Source: Bacteroidota bacterium (lineage in GTDB: Bacteria; Bacteroidota; Ignavibacteria; UBA10030; UBA8401). From it: 64,000 nt of DNA. Positions 63,828 through 64,000 of the stretch are shown in pieces (positions within the stretch are counted from its first letter, which is position 1; every line of letters begins with the position of its first letter). The stretch covers positions 2,862-66,861 of the forward strand of contig JBMOHT010000002.1 in NCBI GenBank assembly GCA_049317705.1, in the 5' to 3' direction. The position numbers were made by a program, and so were the translations under genes. The notes under the pieces were generated by a model, which was given only the letters and a program-made list of their open reading frames with translations, ran no database searches and was not told the DNA's origin.

Positions 63828-64000
63828 ATGAAAAAGACCCTATTCAACGCTTTCCTGTTCGTTCCGTTCCTCATCTTCGGTTGTTTTGACGGGACATTTT
63901 CAGGGAAGTCTGATAAGATCTTTATTGAAGAAGAAATCAACACTAAATTAGATCAAAAATCCTTAGCAATTCTCAATAAATATGGTAAAACGATCCGTTC
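63828..64000 (+). CDS. Hypothetical lipoprotein, 5' part (runs off the window)
   Basis: Manual translation MKKTLFNAFLFVPFLIFGCFDGTF... (lipobox). The frame stays open to the window end. Confidence 0.35.
   Translation, partial: MKKTLFNAFLFVPFLIFGCFDGTFSGKSDKIFIEEEINTKLDQKSLAILNKYGKTIR

Noticed and set aside
1-64000. A search for CRISPR arrays, tRNA/rRNA/tmRNA/RNase P genes, IS elements, integrases, prophage genes, toxin-antitoxin pairs and known defence systems (a PglZ domain occurs in PorX).
   Set aside because: No direct-repeat/spacer arrays are present, and no T-loop or acceptor-stem patterns occur in the short intergenic gaps. I saw no transposase or recombinase motifs. The PglZ domain is fused to a CheY receiver, as in PorX, and has no BREX partners nearby.

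Overview
The window is about 64 kb of mostly housekeeping and cell-envelope DNA. It probably comes from a T9SS-bearing member of the FCB group (Ignavibacteria/Bacteroidota-like), with GC near 50% by eye. About 58 consecutive CDS lie on the + strand (1-59991). A three-gene block on the - strand follows (59988-62788), then + again. I found no rRNA, tRNA, CRISPR array, transposase, integrase or phage gene, and every intergenic gap is under about 310 nt.

Recognisable content:
- trpA (3' part), chorismate mutase, mltG, rpmE, rsmB, kbl.
- Two tandem DUF1624 acyltransferase-like paralogs, then rmuC.
- The T9SS translocon gene sprA (2313 aa), followed directly by porX-tsaE-tsaB.
- accD, arginase, panC, a GlmU-N-like nucleotidyltransferase, rsfS, argS.
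- A roughly 17 kb tightly coupled polysaccharide locus (27372-44276): rfbB, Wza-like exporter, Wzz-like co-polymerase, Wzy-like polymerase, Wzx, FkbM methyltransferase, GT2, two GT4, wecB, an epimerase, a WbaP-like phosphoglycosyl transferase (PGT), a Dpm1-like GT2, and a GT2 fused to a degenerate PGT.
- accA, a thioesterase, an untracked 53-aa Trm112-like gene, nadC and a second flippase-like gene.
- Two tandem cobalamin riboswitches gating a small membrane protein and a BtuB plus beta-propeller lipoprotein pair.
- pgi, nanE, a Wzi-like outer-membrane protein, an ECF sigma / anti-sigma / periplasmic triad, and a cysteine desulfurase.
- On the - strand: ppx/gppA, prmA and an M28 glutaminyl-cyclase-like lipoprotein. 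Then terC on +.

I did not find a clear-cut new multi-gene system. The most unusual items are:
- the riboswitch-gated B12 module that has no BtuFCD genes in this window;
- a GxxExxY (PD-(D/E)XK-like) gene sitting exactly in the loop of a 29-nt inverted repeat built of CGCAGAG units, with a gene-less copy and half-site copies elsewhere in the window;
- the GT2 / dead-PGT fusion.

All family assignments come from reading motifs in the translations. No database search was run.
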